Source: Fidelibacterota bacterium (GTDB lineage Bacteria; Fidelibacterota; Marinisomatia; Marinisomatales; Marinisomataceae). Taken from it: a stretch of DNA of 64,000 nt. Location: positions 768,001 through 832,000 of the forward strand of contig OZ243041.1 of the NCBI GenBank assembly GCA_965212055.1, given 5' to 3'. A program made the position numbers and the translations under genes. Below, piece by piece: positions 1 through 9,773 of this stretch (positions within the stretch are counted from its first letter, which is position 1; every line of letters starts with the position of its first letter). The notes below the pieces were generated by a model. That model did not search any database. It worked only from the letters and a program-made list of their open reading frames with translations, and had not been told where the DNA came from.

Positions 1-269
1 ACTTCATCAACGAAGGATACTAGCCCTGCAATTATCGCTAACATAATTACAATTCTGACTCGGCTTGGTATATGATCTTTTAAAAGAGAAATAGCAACAT
101 TAGATGAGCATAGTACAAAAATTACGGCGAAGGTCATGATAATCGCTTGATCTACTCTTATAGTCACCGCTAAAGCAGAACAAATACCTAATACTTGCAA
201 AGAAATAGGATTGTTAACATTTAACGGATCAGTAACAATTTTTTTAGATTCTGTACTAAATAATTCCAT
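1..269 (-). CDS. nqrD: Na+-translocating NADH:quinone oxidoreductase subunit D (5' part; runs off window)
   Basis: Manual translation from ATG at 269: MELFSTESKKIVTDPLNVNNPISLQVLGICSALAV...; the NP..LQVLGICSALAV motif of NqrD; follows nqrC. Not in the ORF track. Confidence 0.93.
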   Translation of the reverse strand, partial: MELFSTESKKIVTDPLNVNNPISLQVLGICSALAVTIRVDQAIIMTFAVIFVLCSSNVAISLLKDHIPSRVRIVIMLAIIAGLVSFVDE

Positions 270-972
270 TTTCTTTTATCTTATTTAAATATGCTTCATA
301 TCGTTTTAAATCATCTTTGAGGAATATAGTTACACCATTTGAAGTAACTGTCGCTCCAGATATTCCATCAACTTGATGAATGGCATCTTCTTTACTATCA
401 TCCACTTTACCTTTTAGAACTTTTATCCCAATAATCTCACCTTCAACATTTCTAATTTTTTTACCAATAAAATTTTCTGTAAACCACTCTTTTTCGACTT
501 CGCCCCCTAATCCAGGTGTTTCTCCATGTTTATAGAATTGAATACCTAAAACTGTATCTAGATCTGGTTCTAAAGCAATATAGCCAAATAGTGTAGACCA
601 CAATCCTTTCCCTGCAACTGGTATAGCAATACCTTCTAGTTTACCTTCAATAACTTTGAGATATACTGGCAATCGTTCAATATCTTTTTCAATATCAATT
701 TCTTCTAATATAACATTATCAATTTTATTGCCTTCTGAATCAACACATAATCCTACAATACTATTATTAAATATTTCTTCAACTTTTTCATTAGACCATG
801 GATTATTTTCTTCTTCTTTAAATTCAAGTGAACGAAGAATAGTTTTGTTTACATCAGCTCTGAGGTTATCCTCTTGCTTGACTTTTAGATTTTCTTTCGT
901 AACAGAAAGCAAAGTTCCTAGAACAACAGTTATAATAAAAACAAAAAATAATGTATATCTATTACTATGCAT
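256..972 (-). CDS. nqrC: Na+-NQR subunit C (FMN-binding)
   Basis: GKGLWS, HGETPGLG and VDGISGAT (FMN-Thr) motifs; likely start MHSNRY at 972 (track start 981). Confidence 0.95.
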   Translation of the reverse strand: MHSNRYTLFFVFIITVVLGTLLSVTKENLKVKQEDNLRADVNKTILRSLEFKEEENNPWSNEKVEEIFNNSIVGLCVDSEGNKIDNVILEEIDIEKDIERLPVYLKVIEGKLEGIAIPVAGKGLWSTLFGYIALEPDLDTVLGIQFYKHGETPGLGGEVEKEWFTENFIGKKIRNVEGEIIGIKVLKGKVDDSKEDAIHQVDGISGATVTSNGVTIFLKDDLKRYEAYLNKIKENGII

Positions 973-2155
973 TTCTAGCAATCCTCATTTTTATATTGGA
1001 TTTTACGACATAATAATCTATTAATGGAGCAAACATATTCATAATCAAAATGGCAAGCATCACTCCTTCTGGATATGCTGGATTAACTGATCTAATAATT
1101 ACGGTCAGTACTCCAATCATAAAGCCATATATCCATTTTCCTTTATTGGTATGAGCGGACGTTACTGGCTCAGTTGCCATAAAAACTGTACCAAATAAAA
1201 AACTACCAATGAAAAGATGGTGCCAAGGTGTAATTGTTAACATTGCATTACTAGAGAAACCAGAAAGAATATTAAATAGAAAGGCAGTAAAAAGTAGTCC
1301 AGATACTGAAGCTACCATAGTTCTCCAAGAAGCAATGCCAACATAAACTAGAAAAATTGCTCCAAGTAAAATAAGTATTTTATTTGTTTCTCCTATGGAA
1401 CCTGGAATTAAACCCCAACACATCTTCCATAGTGAAAAATCAAAATAATTTGGAGCAACATTTGATGCTTCAGAAAATAAATCTGATGCTATATTTTTTG
1501 GACTATTTGCTGGAATTGCCAATGCAGTTGCACCAGTATTTCCATCAGGTAATACAGCCCAAATTTTCTCACCTGACATTCTAGTTGGAAAAGCAAAATA
1601 CATAAATGCACGAGCTGTTAATGCTGGATTAAAAATATTTGTTCCAACTCCACCAAAAATTTCTTTACCAATAATAATTCCAAATGCAGTACCAATAAAA
1701 ACTTGCCATAAAGGAACAAGTGGTGGCAATGTCAAAGGAATTAGGGCACAAGTAACAAGAAATCCTTCATTTACTTCATGCCTACGAATAACGGAAAAAG
1801 TAAGTTCACAAATTGCTCCTGAAACAAAGGTAATGATTAGTATTGGTAACACATATGACATACCAAAAATAAAATTCTCAAACATAGATCTTGATACATC
1901 TGTTGTTGCCATATCATTGAGATAACCAATATTATAAGCTCCAAATAGATAACAAGGAATTAGAGCAATCACTACAAAGAACATCGTTCTTTTAATATCC
2001 ATATTATCCCGTATATGAGGACCAGAATCTGTTTGTTTATCAGTAGAAAATAAAATAGTATCTGTTGCTTCCCATATTGGATGGGCCCATGATAAAAGCT
2101 TCCCTTTTTCGAATAATTTTCCTGATCGTTCTAATATTTTTTTTAAGAAATTCAT
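965..2155 (-). CDS. nqrB: Na+-NQR subunit B
   Basis: PHIRD..DIKRTM, KEIFGG.G.NIFNPAL, TGAT FMN site, FMATEPV, AYPEGVMLAIL; start at 2155 or 2164. Confidence 0.95.
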   Translation of the reverse strand: MNFLKKILERSGKLFEKGKLLSWAHPIWEATDTILFSTDKQTDSGPHIRDNMDIKRTMFFVVIALIPCYLFGAYNIGYLNDMATTDVSRSMFENFIFGMSYVLPILIITFVSGAICELTFSVIRRHEVNEGFLVTCALIPLTLPPLVPLWQVFIGTAFGIIIGKEIFGGVGTNIFNPALTARAFMYFAFPTRMSGEKIWAVLPDGNTGATALAIPANSPKNIASDLFSEASNVAPNYFDFSLWKMCWGLIPGSIGETNKILILLGAIFLVYVGIASWRTMVASVSGLLFTAFLFNILSGFSSNAMLTITPWHHLFIGSFLFGTVFMATEPVTSAHTNKGKWIYGFMIGVLTVIIRSVNPAYPEGVMLAILIMNMFAPLIDYYVVKSNIKMRIARNA

Positions 2156-2156
2156 A

Positions 2157-3494
2157 CTATCCATCAAAATAAATTAAATCCAAACCCTTTCTTATAATTC
2201 CACCAACATCCGTCTTGCTCGGACAAACAAATGAGCAGAGAGCTACATCTTCTTCATCACATTCATAAATACCCAATTGTTCCATTTCGTCAACATCATT
2301 AGCTACAATACTTCTTGCAAGCTCATTAATATAAATATCCATGGGAAACACTTTTTCCCATGCACCAATAGGAACAAAAGCTCTCTCACTTCCATTTTGA
2401 AGTGTAGTAAATCTATACGGTTTCTTATTGTCACCAATATAAGCATTAAAAATACTATACTTAGACGATCCTCCTGGATGTAACCATCCCATAAATGATC
2501 TTTCAAATGATTTTTCAATAATAGATATAGATGAATCATAAAAATTTGTATATCCATCCAGATTTATTTCTTTCCCAGTTAAAACATTTCCAGAAATAAT
2601 TCTAACATCATCTCTTGTAAGATTATCTTGACAGTAGATATCTACTGGACAACCTAATCTTGTTTTGATATAACTTGGTTTTTTTACACAAGGACCCGCT
2701 ATATTAATTGTTATTGAAGGATCAAAAATACCATCAGAAAATATTTTACCAAGGATAGGAAGATGGTGTCCTTCTACTGTCCAAATAATATCTTTATTAT
2801 TAATCGGTTGAATGTGATTAAGAACTACACCAATGTTTCCAGCAGGATGCGGTCCTTCTATTTCTACTAAATCAATATATTCCAAATCAGATAGATAAGT
2901 AAATTCCCCCGGCCTAACAATAAGAAATAGCTTTCCATCGGTCAATTCTTTTAAATGTTTTAGAGCACTAACAATATATTCTTGCTGATCTGATAAAGTA
3001 AAATGATGATTAATCGCTAATGGAGCCGTATTAGCAAGACTAATAATAATTGATTTTGGATTATCAGAAGGATTTGCCACTTTATTGAATGGTCTTTGTT
3101 TTAAAAATGGCCACATATTTTTTTCTAGTAAATAATTGATTACTCCCTCTTTTGAAGATAATCCATTCGGAGAGTTTGGTTGGAGCGATTTTTCCTTGTC
3201 ATCATTCACTTCAAAAATAATTTCTTTAATAACACGTCTATCTCCATAAACAATTTTAGATATCTTACCAGAAGCAATAGCTGGCCATTTAATCTCTGGA
3301 TTCAGTTTATCAAAAAAAACAGGATCACCTAATTGTATAAAATCATTTTCTTTGACTAAAAGTTTTGGTTTTATATAACGAAAATTTTCAGGTGATAGAG
3401 AAACAGAGCTATGATGTCTTGTAGGTAGAAATTCCTTGTCTGGGTTTCCAGCAATATTAACATTGTGCCCGTTTTTTATTTTAAGCTTAAACAT
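2157..3494 (-). CDS. nqrA: Na+-NQR subunit A
   Basis: KPKLLVKE, GPHPAGN, RIISGNVLTG, EEDVALCSFVCPSK motifs; first gene of the nqr operon. Confidence 0.95.
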   Translation of the reverse strand: MFKLKIKNGHNVNIAGNPDKEFLPTRHHSSVSLSPENFRYIKPKLLVKENDFIQLGDPVFFDKLNPEIKWPAIASGKISKIVYGDRRVIKEIIFEVNDDKEKSLQPNSPNGLSSKEGVINYLLEKNMWPFLKQRPFNKVANPSDNPKSIIISLANTAPLAINHHFTLSDQQEYIVSALKHLKELTDGKLFLIVRPGEFTYLSDLEYIDLVEIEGPHPAGNIGVVLNHIQPINNKDIIWTVEGHHLPILGKIFSDGIFDPSITINIAGPCVKKPSYIKTRLGCPVDIYCQDNLTRDDVRIISGNVLTGKEINLDGYTNFYDSSISIIEKSFERSFMGWLHPGGSSKYSIFNAYIGDNKKPYRFTTLQNGSERAFVPIGAWEKVFPMDIYINELARSIVANDVDEMEQLGIYECDEEDVALCSFVCPSKTDVGGIIRKGLDLIYFDG

Positions 3495-3563
3495 TAATTG
3501 TAAAGTAGAGATGAGAAAATAATAAAAAAGATAGTCGAGTTCTATATAATAATTAAGAAAAAA

Positions 3564-4772
3564 TTATTTTTTAGATTTCCACTCAAAATAATTTCCATTA
3601 TAAGATGAACGATTTTGCCATTTTTTTATTTTTTCATCAATATGCTCTATTGACTCAGAATCAATATCCTGAATTAAATCAATTGTTAGATCTCCCACAG
3701 TTTTAGCACTAACACGAGATGCTTTAATATTTCCTTTTCCAGTAATTGCATTACCCATTCCATGCACTTTATCTAGATTGTTAAATTTTCCAGAATCTTC
3801 ATCTATAATATCATAAGTAGAGCCACTCATTGGAAGACCATCAATTGGCTCTGGTAAACTACCAATAGAACTAATAATAATATTTCCTTTTAAAATTTGA
3901 TTAGAATCATCAATTGGGATTGGTTGATTATCTACAATTTTATTTTTAATTATTTCTAAACCTTCCAAATTCCCTTCTACAATATTCAAGGCAGTAGGTT
4001 GTGTACATTCTAATACGTTAAACAAAAATTTTTCTTGGGTATTATTTAAAATTTTTCTTCGTGCTTGTCTGCGTTTATCAACCATCTCAGGTTTAGCATC
4101 AGATGGGATAGTTGTGAGAGGCATATTTTCTATGTCTCTCCTATATATCAAGGTTGTTCCTTTAATCCCAAGACTATTATAGTCAATATTATGTTGTTCT
4201 AGGTATTTTGGAATTCCTTTGTGTTCCATCTCAATAACATCAACATTTTTCACTCTAGATTGTATTTTTTCTTTTACGAGTTCTAGCTGGGTAATTTTAC
4301 ATACATCAATTGAAGCAAGCCCACCTCCTACAACCAATATATCATCTTGAATAACTATCTCCGGACCATTATAATCATCTTCGTGATAATGGTTAAACCA
4401 ATATACAAAAGGGTTTTGGTAGTAAAAGTTTGAGAATTCTTCAACACCTTTAATTGGGAATGATCTATCTCTCCAAGCACCATTAGCAAAATAAACACAA
4501 CTCCAGTTCATGTCATAAATCTCGTCAAAACCAATATGATCCCCTATTTTGGTAAGAGGAATAAAATCTACTAAATCATGATCCATAACTTCATCAATCT
4601 TAGAATATTCGCTAAGACGTTGTTTTTCGTGCCATCTTGGAAGTCCATCTTCAATTTTTCCATAAGGTAAACGATTCTGATCTACAATTACACATCGAAT
4701 ACCATGCTCTGTTAATTTCCGAGCAGCAGTAGATCCTGACACTGCACCACCGATGATTAATACTACTTTCAT
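3564..4772 (-). CDS. FAD/NAD(P)-dependent oxidoreductase (ferredoxin-NADP+ reductase/FprA- or GltD-like)
   Basis: N-terminal IIGGAVSG dinucleotide fold, PYGKIEDGLP, second VVGGGLASID motif, YRR. Confidence 0.7.
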   Translation of the reverse strand: MKVVLIIGGAVSGSTAARKLTEHGIRCVIVDQNRLPYGKIEDGLPRWHEKQRLSEYSKIDEVMDHDLVDFIPLTKIGDHIGFDEIYDMNWSCVYFANGAWRDRSFPIKGVEEFSNFYYQNPFVYWFNHYHEDDYNGPEIVIQDDILVVGGGLASIDVCKITQLELVKEKIQSRVKNVDVIEMEHKGIPKYLEQHNIDYNSLGIKGTTLIYRRDIENMPLTTIPSDAKPEMVDKRRQARRKILNNTQEKFLFNVLECTQPTALNIVEGNLEGLEIIKNKIVDNQPIPIDDSNQILKGNIIISSIGSLPEPIDGLPMSGSTYDIIDEDSGKFNNLDKVHGMGNAITGKGNIKASRVSAKTVGDLTIDLIQDIDSESIEHIDEKIKKWQNRSSYNGNYFEWKSKK

Positions 4773-4802
4773 TGATTTTTTTATTTGTTAAATTTATTCG
4801 GT

Positions 4803-5720
4803 ATGAAATTAATAAATAATTTGCTAATTCAAATCATTCCTTTTTTACCAAAAAGTTTTATCAAACTTTTTGCTTCGCCTTACATTGCAGGCATTACAGA
4901 TGATGAAATGTTATCCACTGTAGAAAATTTAAACACCAAAGGTTATGATACCGCAATCGATATTCTAGGAGAACATGTTAAGACAGAAAAAGAAGCAAGA
5001 GAGATTACAGAAAAATATGCAAATTTATATGATGAAATTTCTTCTAGATCTTTACAAGCAAATTTATCAATTAAATTAACTCACATAGGACAAGATCTTG
5101 GGTATAATATTGTCAAAAAGAATCTGATGATTTTAACTGAAAAAGCTAAAAAACATCATAATTTTTTACGCCTTGATATGGAAAATTCTCCTTACACCTC
5201 TGAAACAATTACATTATATAAAGAAACATTGGAAGTATATGCTAATATTGGAATTGTCTTGCAGGCATATATGCATCGTTCTATGGATGATTTAAACGCA
5301 TTAGCTAATGAACATTTCAATTGTAGAGTTTGTAAAGGTATTTATATAGAAAGCGAAGATATTGCTTATGCTGATTATGAAAAAATAAGAGAAAATTATA
5401 TTAAACTTGTTCAAACCGGATTACAACAAGGTTCTTATATAGGAATTGCAGGTCATGATGAATATTTAATTAATAATCTATATCAGTGGATCCAAAATAA
5501 CAATATTCCTAAAACTCAATATGAATTCCAAGTTCTATATGGAGTTCCTATGGAAAAAATCTTGCAAAAACTAATTCAAGAAGGCAATAAGATACGTGTT
5601 TATGTTCCTTATGGCGATAATTGGTACGATTATTCTATAAGACGATTAAAAGAAAATCCAAAAATGGCTGGGTATATTATTAAAAATCTTTTTAAGAAGA
5701 TTTTCTATTTCTATAAATAA
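4803..5720 (+). CDS. Monofunctional proline dehydrogenase
   Basis: YIAG, DILGE, SIKLT, RLDME, QAY, KG.Y, EFQVLYG, RVYVPYG..WYDYSIRRLKENP; likely ATG at 4803. Confidence 0.92.
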   Translation: MKLINNLLIQIIPFLPKSFIKLFASPYIAGITDDEMLSTVENLNTKGYDTAIDILGEHVKTEKEAREITEKYANLYDEISSRSLQANLSIKLTHIGQDLGYNIVKKNLMILTEKAKKHHNFLRLDMENSPYTSETITLYKETLEVYANIGIVLQAYMHRSMDDLNALANEHFNCRVCKGIYIESEDIAYADYEKIRENYIKLVQTGLQQGSYIGIAGHDEYLINNLYQWIQNNNIPKTQYEFQVLYGVPMEKILQKLIQEGNKIRVYVPYGDNWYDYSIRRLKENPKMAGYIIKNLFKKIFYFYK

Positions 5721-6177
5721 ATAAAATTATAATTCCTGCTACATTAGGAAACCAAATTTCAGGGTTTGACCATGGAATTCCATCAATAGAAAAATCAGTT
5801 AAAGGCCATAAAAATTTAGTAGGAAAATACTCTTCAGAATGGAAGGGAAAATCTAATAAAATATGAAAAGGCCAGGCCAACATAGGAAATGCTAGCGATT
5901 TATTAAAAAAATAAACTATTCCAATACATAAAAAGGCAATTGTAAAGCTATGAGATAAATTGTAATTAAAAAAAAGCCAATCTGGAATATTTTCTAAACT
6001 TGGAGGACCACTATAAGTATAATTTCCACTAAAATAATGACCGCTAAAAATTCTAACAATAATTAATATTCCAAAAGAAAAAAGGTCTGGCATAGCTCCA
6101 AAAAAAATTGCTAACCATTTATAACCTCTATAGCCAAATAAACCTCTACCCCAAAGTGCATGACTTAATGTATCCAT
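5692..6177 (-). CDS. Membrane-bound metal-dependent hydrolase (YdjM/LexA-binding family-like)
   Basis: MDTLSH, G.MPD, SHS, HILLD motifs with hydrophobic segments. Confidence 0.75.
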   Translation of the reverse strand: MDTLSHALWGRGLFGYRGYKWLAIFFGAMPDLFSFGILIIVRIFSGHYFSGNYTYSGPPSLENIPDWLFFNYNLSHSFTIAFLCIGIVYFFNKSLAFPMLAWPFHILLDFPFHSEEYFPTKFLWPLTDFSIDGIPWSNPEIWFPNVAGIIILFIYRNRKSS

Positions 6178-6199
6178 CTTCTACAATAAAAATTAACTT

Positions 6200-7072
6200 T
6201 TACGAACCTCTTTTACCCCAAACCATTTTAGTCTTTAAGGTTTGGTAGTAATCGTAATCATTAAATGTGATAAATTTTAAATGGTTTTTTGCTTGTCTAA
6301 TCTTTACAATAGATTCATCGGTAAAATGTTCAATATGTTGTCCGTCACAAATTAATTTTAATTCTTTCTCTGAATGACCATTAAATCGAAATTCGATTTC
6401 TACATCAGGAGGTAAAACCAATGGTCTTGATGTTAGAGAGTGAGGAGCAATTGGAGTAACTATAATAGAAAAAACATCTGGTTGTACGATTGGACCTCCA
6501 GATGATAGAGAATAGGCAGTTGACCCCGTTGGGGTACTGATAATAATTCCATCTGATTTGTAATCACTAACATGTTTACCATTAATATAAAGATCAAGGG
6601 AAGTTACTCGATATGCTACTTTATTTTGAACAACGAAGTCATTAATGGCAAAATAAGTATTGTTATCACTATTGTGAGAAATTTCTGCATTTAATACTAA
6701 ACGATCTTGAATACTAAATTCTCCATTTTTAATTAAATCTAATTTTTCTATTAATTCATCTGGAACAATTTGAGCAAGAAACCCTAATCCTCCGATATGA
6801 ACACCTAAAACAGGAACCATTGGATTGCTAAAGCAACGAACTCCAGAAAGTAACGTACCATCTCCACCTAAACAAAGTAGGAAATCTACATTAGGGGGGT
6901 TATCATGATCATATAATGTATAATTGCTTGGAAGAGAGTCTAGGTTTTCTAAACCTTGGGGTAAAAACAATCGCAAATCATTATGGTTTGCCCATTGTCC
7001 AACATCGCGAACTAGTGCTGGTATTTCTTTTTTCCCAACATTAGCCCAAACAGCAAAACTTTTTGGTTTCAT
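6200..7072 (-). CDS. nadK: NAD(+) kinase
   Basis: GGDGT, GGLGFL, ND, DGIIISTPTGSTAYSLSSGGP. Confidence 0.95.
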   Translation of the reverse strand: MKPKSFAVWANVGKKEIPALVRDVGQWANHNDLRLFLPQGLENLDSLPSNYTLYDHDNPPNVDFLLCLGGDGTLLSGVRCFSNPMVPVLGVHIGGLGFLAQIVPDELIEKLDLIKNGEFSIQDRLVLNAEISHNSDNNTYFAINDFVVQNKVAYRVTSLDLYINGKHVSDYKSDGIIISTPTGSTAYSLSSGGPIVQPDVFSIIVTPIAPHSLTSRPLVLPPDVEIEFRFNGHSEKELKLICDGQHIEHFTDESIVKIRQAKNHLKFITFNDYDYYQTLKTKMVWGKRGS

Positions 7073-7077
7073 TTTAT

Positions 7078-7173
7078 TTATCTATTTTTTTTCTTATGTC
7101 TATCTGCACGTAAACGTTTTTTGCGTTTATGTGTATTCATTTTTCTTTTTTTTCTTTTTTTACCGCAAGGCAT
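7078..7173 (-). CDS. Small basic ribosomal protein, bS22 / AURKAIP1-COX24 (mS38-like) family, 31 aa
   Basis: Manual translation MPCGKKRKKRKMNTHKRKKRLRADRHKKKNR*; AGGAG SD upstream (7180-7184 on minus strand); matches the MPxGKKRKRxKxxTHKRKKR pattern. Confidence 0.88.
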   Translation of the reverse strand: MPCGKKRKKRKMNTHKRKKRLRADRHKKKNR

Positions 7174-7186
7174 TAAATGCTCCTAT

Positions 7187-7477
7187 TTAATATTCAATCA
7201 ATTTATCGTTGACAGTATTTTTCATTAGTTTTGAAGGCTTAAAAACTGGAACATAACGCTCTGGAAGATATACAGGATCTCCAGTAGCTGGATTACGTGC
7301 CTTTTTAGGCATTCTATGTTTAACTGCAAATGTTCCAAAACCTCTTAATTCAATCTTTTCATTCTTGCTTAAGGTAGTAATAATTTCCTTAAATGAATCA
7401 TTAAGTACAGCTTCTACTTCTACCTTTGTTAAACCAGTATTTGCTGATACATTATCAATTATATTTTGTTTAATCAT
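7187..7477 (-). CDS. HU/IHF-family DNA-binding protein
   Basis: IELRGFGTF, ARNPATG, PVFKPSK. Confidence 0.93.
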   Translation of the reverse strand: MIKQNIIDNVSANTGLTKVEVEAVLNDSFKEIITTLSKNEKIELRGFGTFAVKHRMPKKARNPATGDPVYLPERYVPVFKPSKLMKNTVNDKLIEY

Positions 7478-7498
7478 ATCTATATTTCCTTTATGACT

Positions 7499-9262
7499 TT
7501 ATTCTGTAAATAATACTAATTTTTGTCCAGGATAAATAGCAGAACTTCCTGGATTCATTTGATTCCATTCTCTAATCTTTTTTGCGCTGGTATTATATTT
7601 TTCAGCAATATATCCAAGTTGATCTCCAGATTTGACAGTATAAACAATTCTAGCTGACATATTACTGGATTGATCTATATTTTTACCGACAAACAATACT
7701 AATTTCTGTCCAATACTTATCAAATGATTGTTTGGATTCATTTTATTCCATTTTCTAATCTCACTTGCTCTTGTATTATATTTCTCAGCAATAGCTCCAA
7801 GTGTATCACCTTTCTTAACGGTATAACTAATCTTCTCAGGATAGTTAGAATAAATTCCACCTTTTACTGGAATTTTTAATCTTTGTCCTATGCTTAATCG
7901 ATCATTTTTTAGATTGTTAATTGTCATTAAATCTGAAATCAAAACACGATATTTTGACGCAATCGTTGATAGATTTTCACCCTTTTTTACACGATGTTCT
8001 ACTTTTTGAGTAGCAAATCTTTCTGTTTCTGGCAATGCATTAAATGTCTTATAAAACTTATCTTTTTTTCCATAAGGGATTCTCAATATATAATCTCCAT
8101 TTGAAGGTGTTGCGGACTGTCTTAATTCAGGATTTAAATATTTGATAGTACTTGTTTTTGTTTCTGCAGATTTTGCAATAACAGCCAAATCGGCACTTTT
8201 TTGAATAACAACTTCATCATATTTAAGTGGGTTGGATTTTGGAATCTTAAATCCATATTTCTCTGGATTCTTTAAAATAATTGCAGAAGATAGAAAATAT
8301 GGTATATAGTTTTTGGTATCTTTAGGCAATGAATATAATTGCCAATAATCTAAGGTTTCATGAAGATTTACCGCACGATTAACTCTTCCTGGACCAGTAT
8401 TGTATGCAGCTAATACCAAATACCAATCTTCAAACTCTTTGTACAAATCTTTAAAATATTTAACTGCTGCTTCTGTGGATTTAAAAATATCTTGACGTTC
8501 ATCAACATACCAAGTTCTTTCCAATCCATATTGTTTTCCTGTTGAATACATAAATTGCCATAATCCTACTGCTTTTGCTCTAGATACTGCTTTTGGATCA
8601 AGACCTGACTCAATTATAGAGACAACAATTAATTCTTCAGGAAGATTATTTTCTTCTAAGATTGGCAATATTATATCCTTGTATTGTACATATCTCCTAA
8701 GCCAAATATTAAATCCTTTCCTACCTTTGCCTTGAAAATATCTAATATAACTTTCTACTTGAGAATTAGTAACTATTGGAATATGCCCTTCTCGATCATC
8801 AAGAATGGTGAATTTTGTTGTTCCCATTTCAACTGATTCATTTTCATCTGCCATCTCTACAACTTGTTGTCGAATAAGTTCGGCATTCAATATCTGGCTA
8901 GAATTTTTCAAAGTATTGAGCGTGGTAGAATAAACTTGAATAAAATCATTTTGGAATTTTTCAAATTCAATTTTATCAAGTTCATTACGAACACCAATTT
9001 GTTCAACGTCTGATAGCAAATCAAAAATTTTCTTAATATTATATATAACTTCGATTGTATCTTGATTGATATCTGCAATAACAGCATCAGAAAGAAATTG
9101 TTTTGCTTCATCCAAAATAGGTGAAATATTATTAATACTTCCAGAGAATGCAATATCGCTAGTATTCATAAATGGTTTTTTTCCATTACCATTTATCAAG
9201 TCTTGGGCAGAAATATTTGTAACCAAAACTATTACTAAAAAGTATAATTTAAATTTCTTCAT
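7499..9262 (-). CDS. mltD: Lytic murein transglycosylase with three LysM domains (MltD-like)
   Basis: IIES, AVGLWQFM, LAAYN motifs; three LysM repeats; signal peptide from ATG 9262. Confidence 0.88.
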   Translation of the reverse strand: MKKFKLYFLVIVLVTNISAQDLINGNGKKPFMNTSDIAFSGSINNISPILDEAKQFLSDAVIADINQDTIEVIYNIKKIFDLLSDVEQIGVRNELDKIEFEKFQNDFIQVYSTTLNTLKNSSQILNAELIRQQVVEMADENESVEMGTTKFTILDDREGHIPIVTNSQVESYIRYFQGKGRKGFNIWLRRYVQYKDIILPILEENNLPEELIVVSIIESGLDPKAVSRAKAVGLWQFMYSTGKQYGLERTWYVDERQDIFKSTEAAVKYFKDLYKEFEDWYLVLAAYNTGPGRVNRAVNLHETLDYWQLYSLPKDTKNYIPYFLSSAIILKNPEKYGFKIPKSNPLKYDEVVIQKSADLAVIAKSAETKTSTIKYLNPELRQSATPSNGDYILRIPYGKKDKFYKTFNALPETERFATQKVEHRVKKGENLSTIASKYRVLISDLMTINNLKNDRLSIGQRLKIPVKGGIYSNYPEKISYTVKKGDTLGAIAEKYNTRASEIRKWNKMNPNNHLISIGQKLVLFVGKNIDQSSNMSARIVYTVKSGDQLGYIAEKYNTSAKKIREWNQMNPGSSAIYPGQKLVLFTE

Positions 9263-9302
9263 AAAACTTGCCAAATTATATTGAAACTCGATGACAATCA
9301 AG

Positions 9303-9773
9303 TTAGTGTTTTTTTATTTGATTAATATAATGAGTAGAACTATGTCCCGGATGAAAATCTAATATTTCTACTTTTCCTCCACTTTTTATTACCTCTCGAG
9401 CACCAACAACGTCTTCAATTGTATAATCTCCACCTTTTACTAGAACATCTGGCATAATTGATTTAATTAGATTAAGCGGAGTTTGTTCCTCGAAACTGAT
9501 TACATAATCAACAACTTTTAATTCTGATAATATAAGTCCTCTATCTTCAAGTTTATTAATTGGTCTAGAAGGACCTTTCAATTCTTTAACTGAATTATCT
9601 GAATTGATTCCTATCACCAATATATCACCGAGCATACTTGCTTCACTTAAATATCGTGTATGCCCAACATGCAAGATATCAAATACTCCATTTGTAAATA
9701 CTATTTTCTGAGAATTTTTTTTACAATCTCTTATTTTGGTAATTACACTCTTTAGTTGATAATTATGATTCAT
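9303..9773 (-). CDS. rfaE2: D-glycero-beta-D-manno-heptose 1-phosphate adenylyltransferase (RfaE domain II)
   Basis: VFTNGVFDILHVGH, NSD.SV..LKG..RPIN, LVKGGDY; likely ATG at 9773. Confidence 0.9.
   Translation of the reverse strand: MNHNYQLKSVITKIRDCKKNSQKIVFTNGVFDILHVGHTRYLSEASMLGDILVIGINSDNSVKELKGPSRPINKLEDRGLILSELKVVDYVISFEEQTPLNLIKSIMPDVLVKGGDYTIEDVVGAREVIKSGGKVEILDFHPGHSSTHYINQIKKH

Noticed and set aside
6924..7190. 88-aa + strand ORF with poly-Phe
   Set aside because: Antisense shadow of the Lys/Arg-rich small ribosomal protein and nadK.
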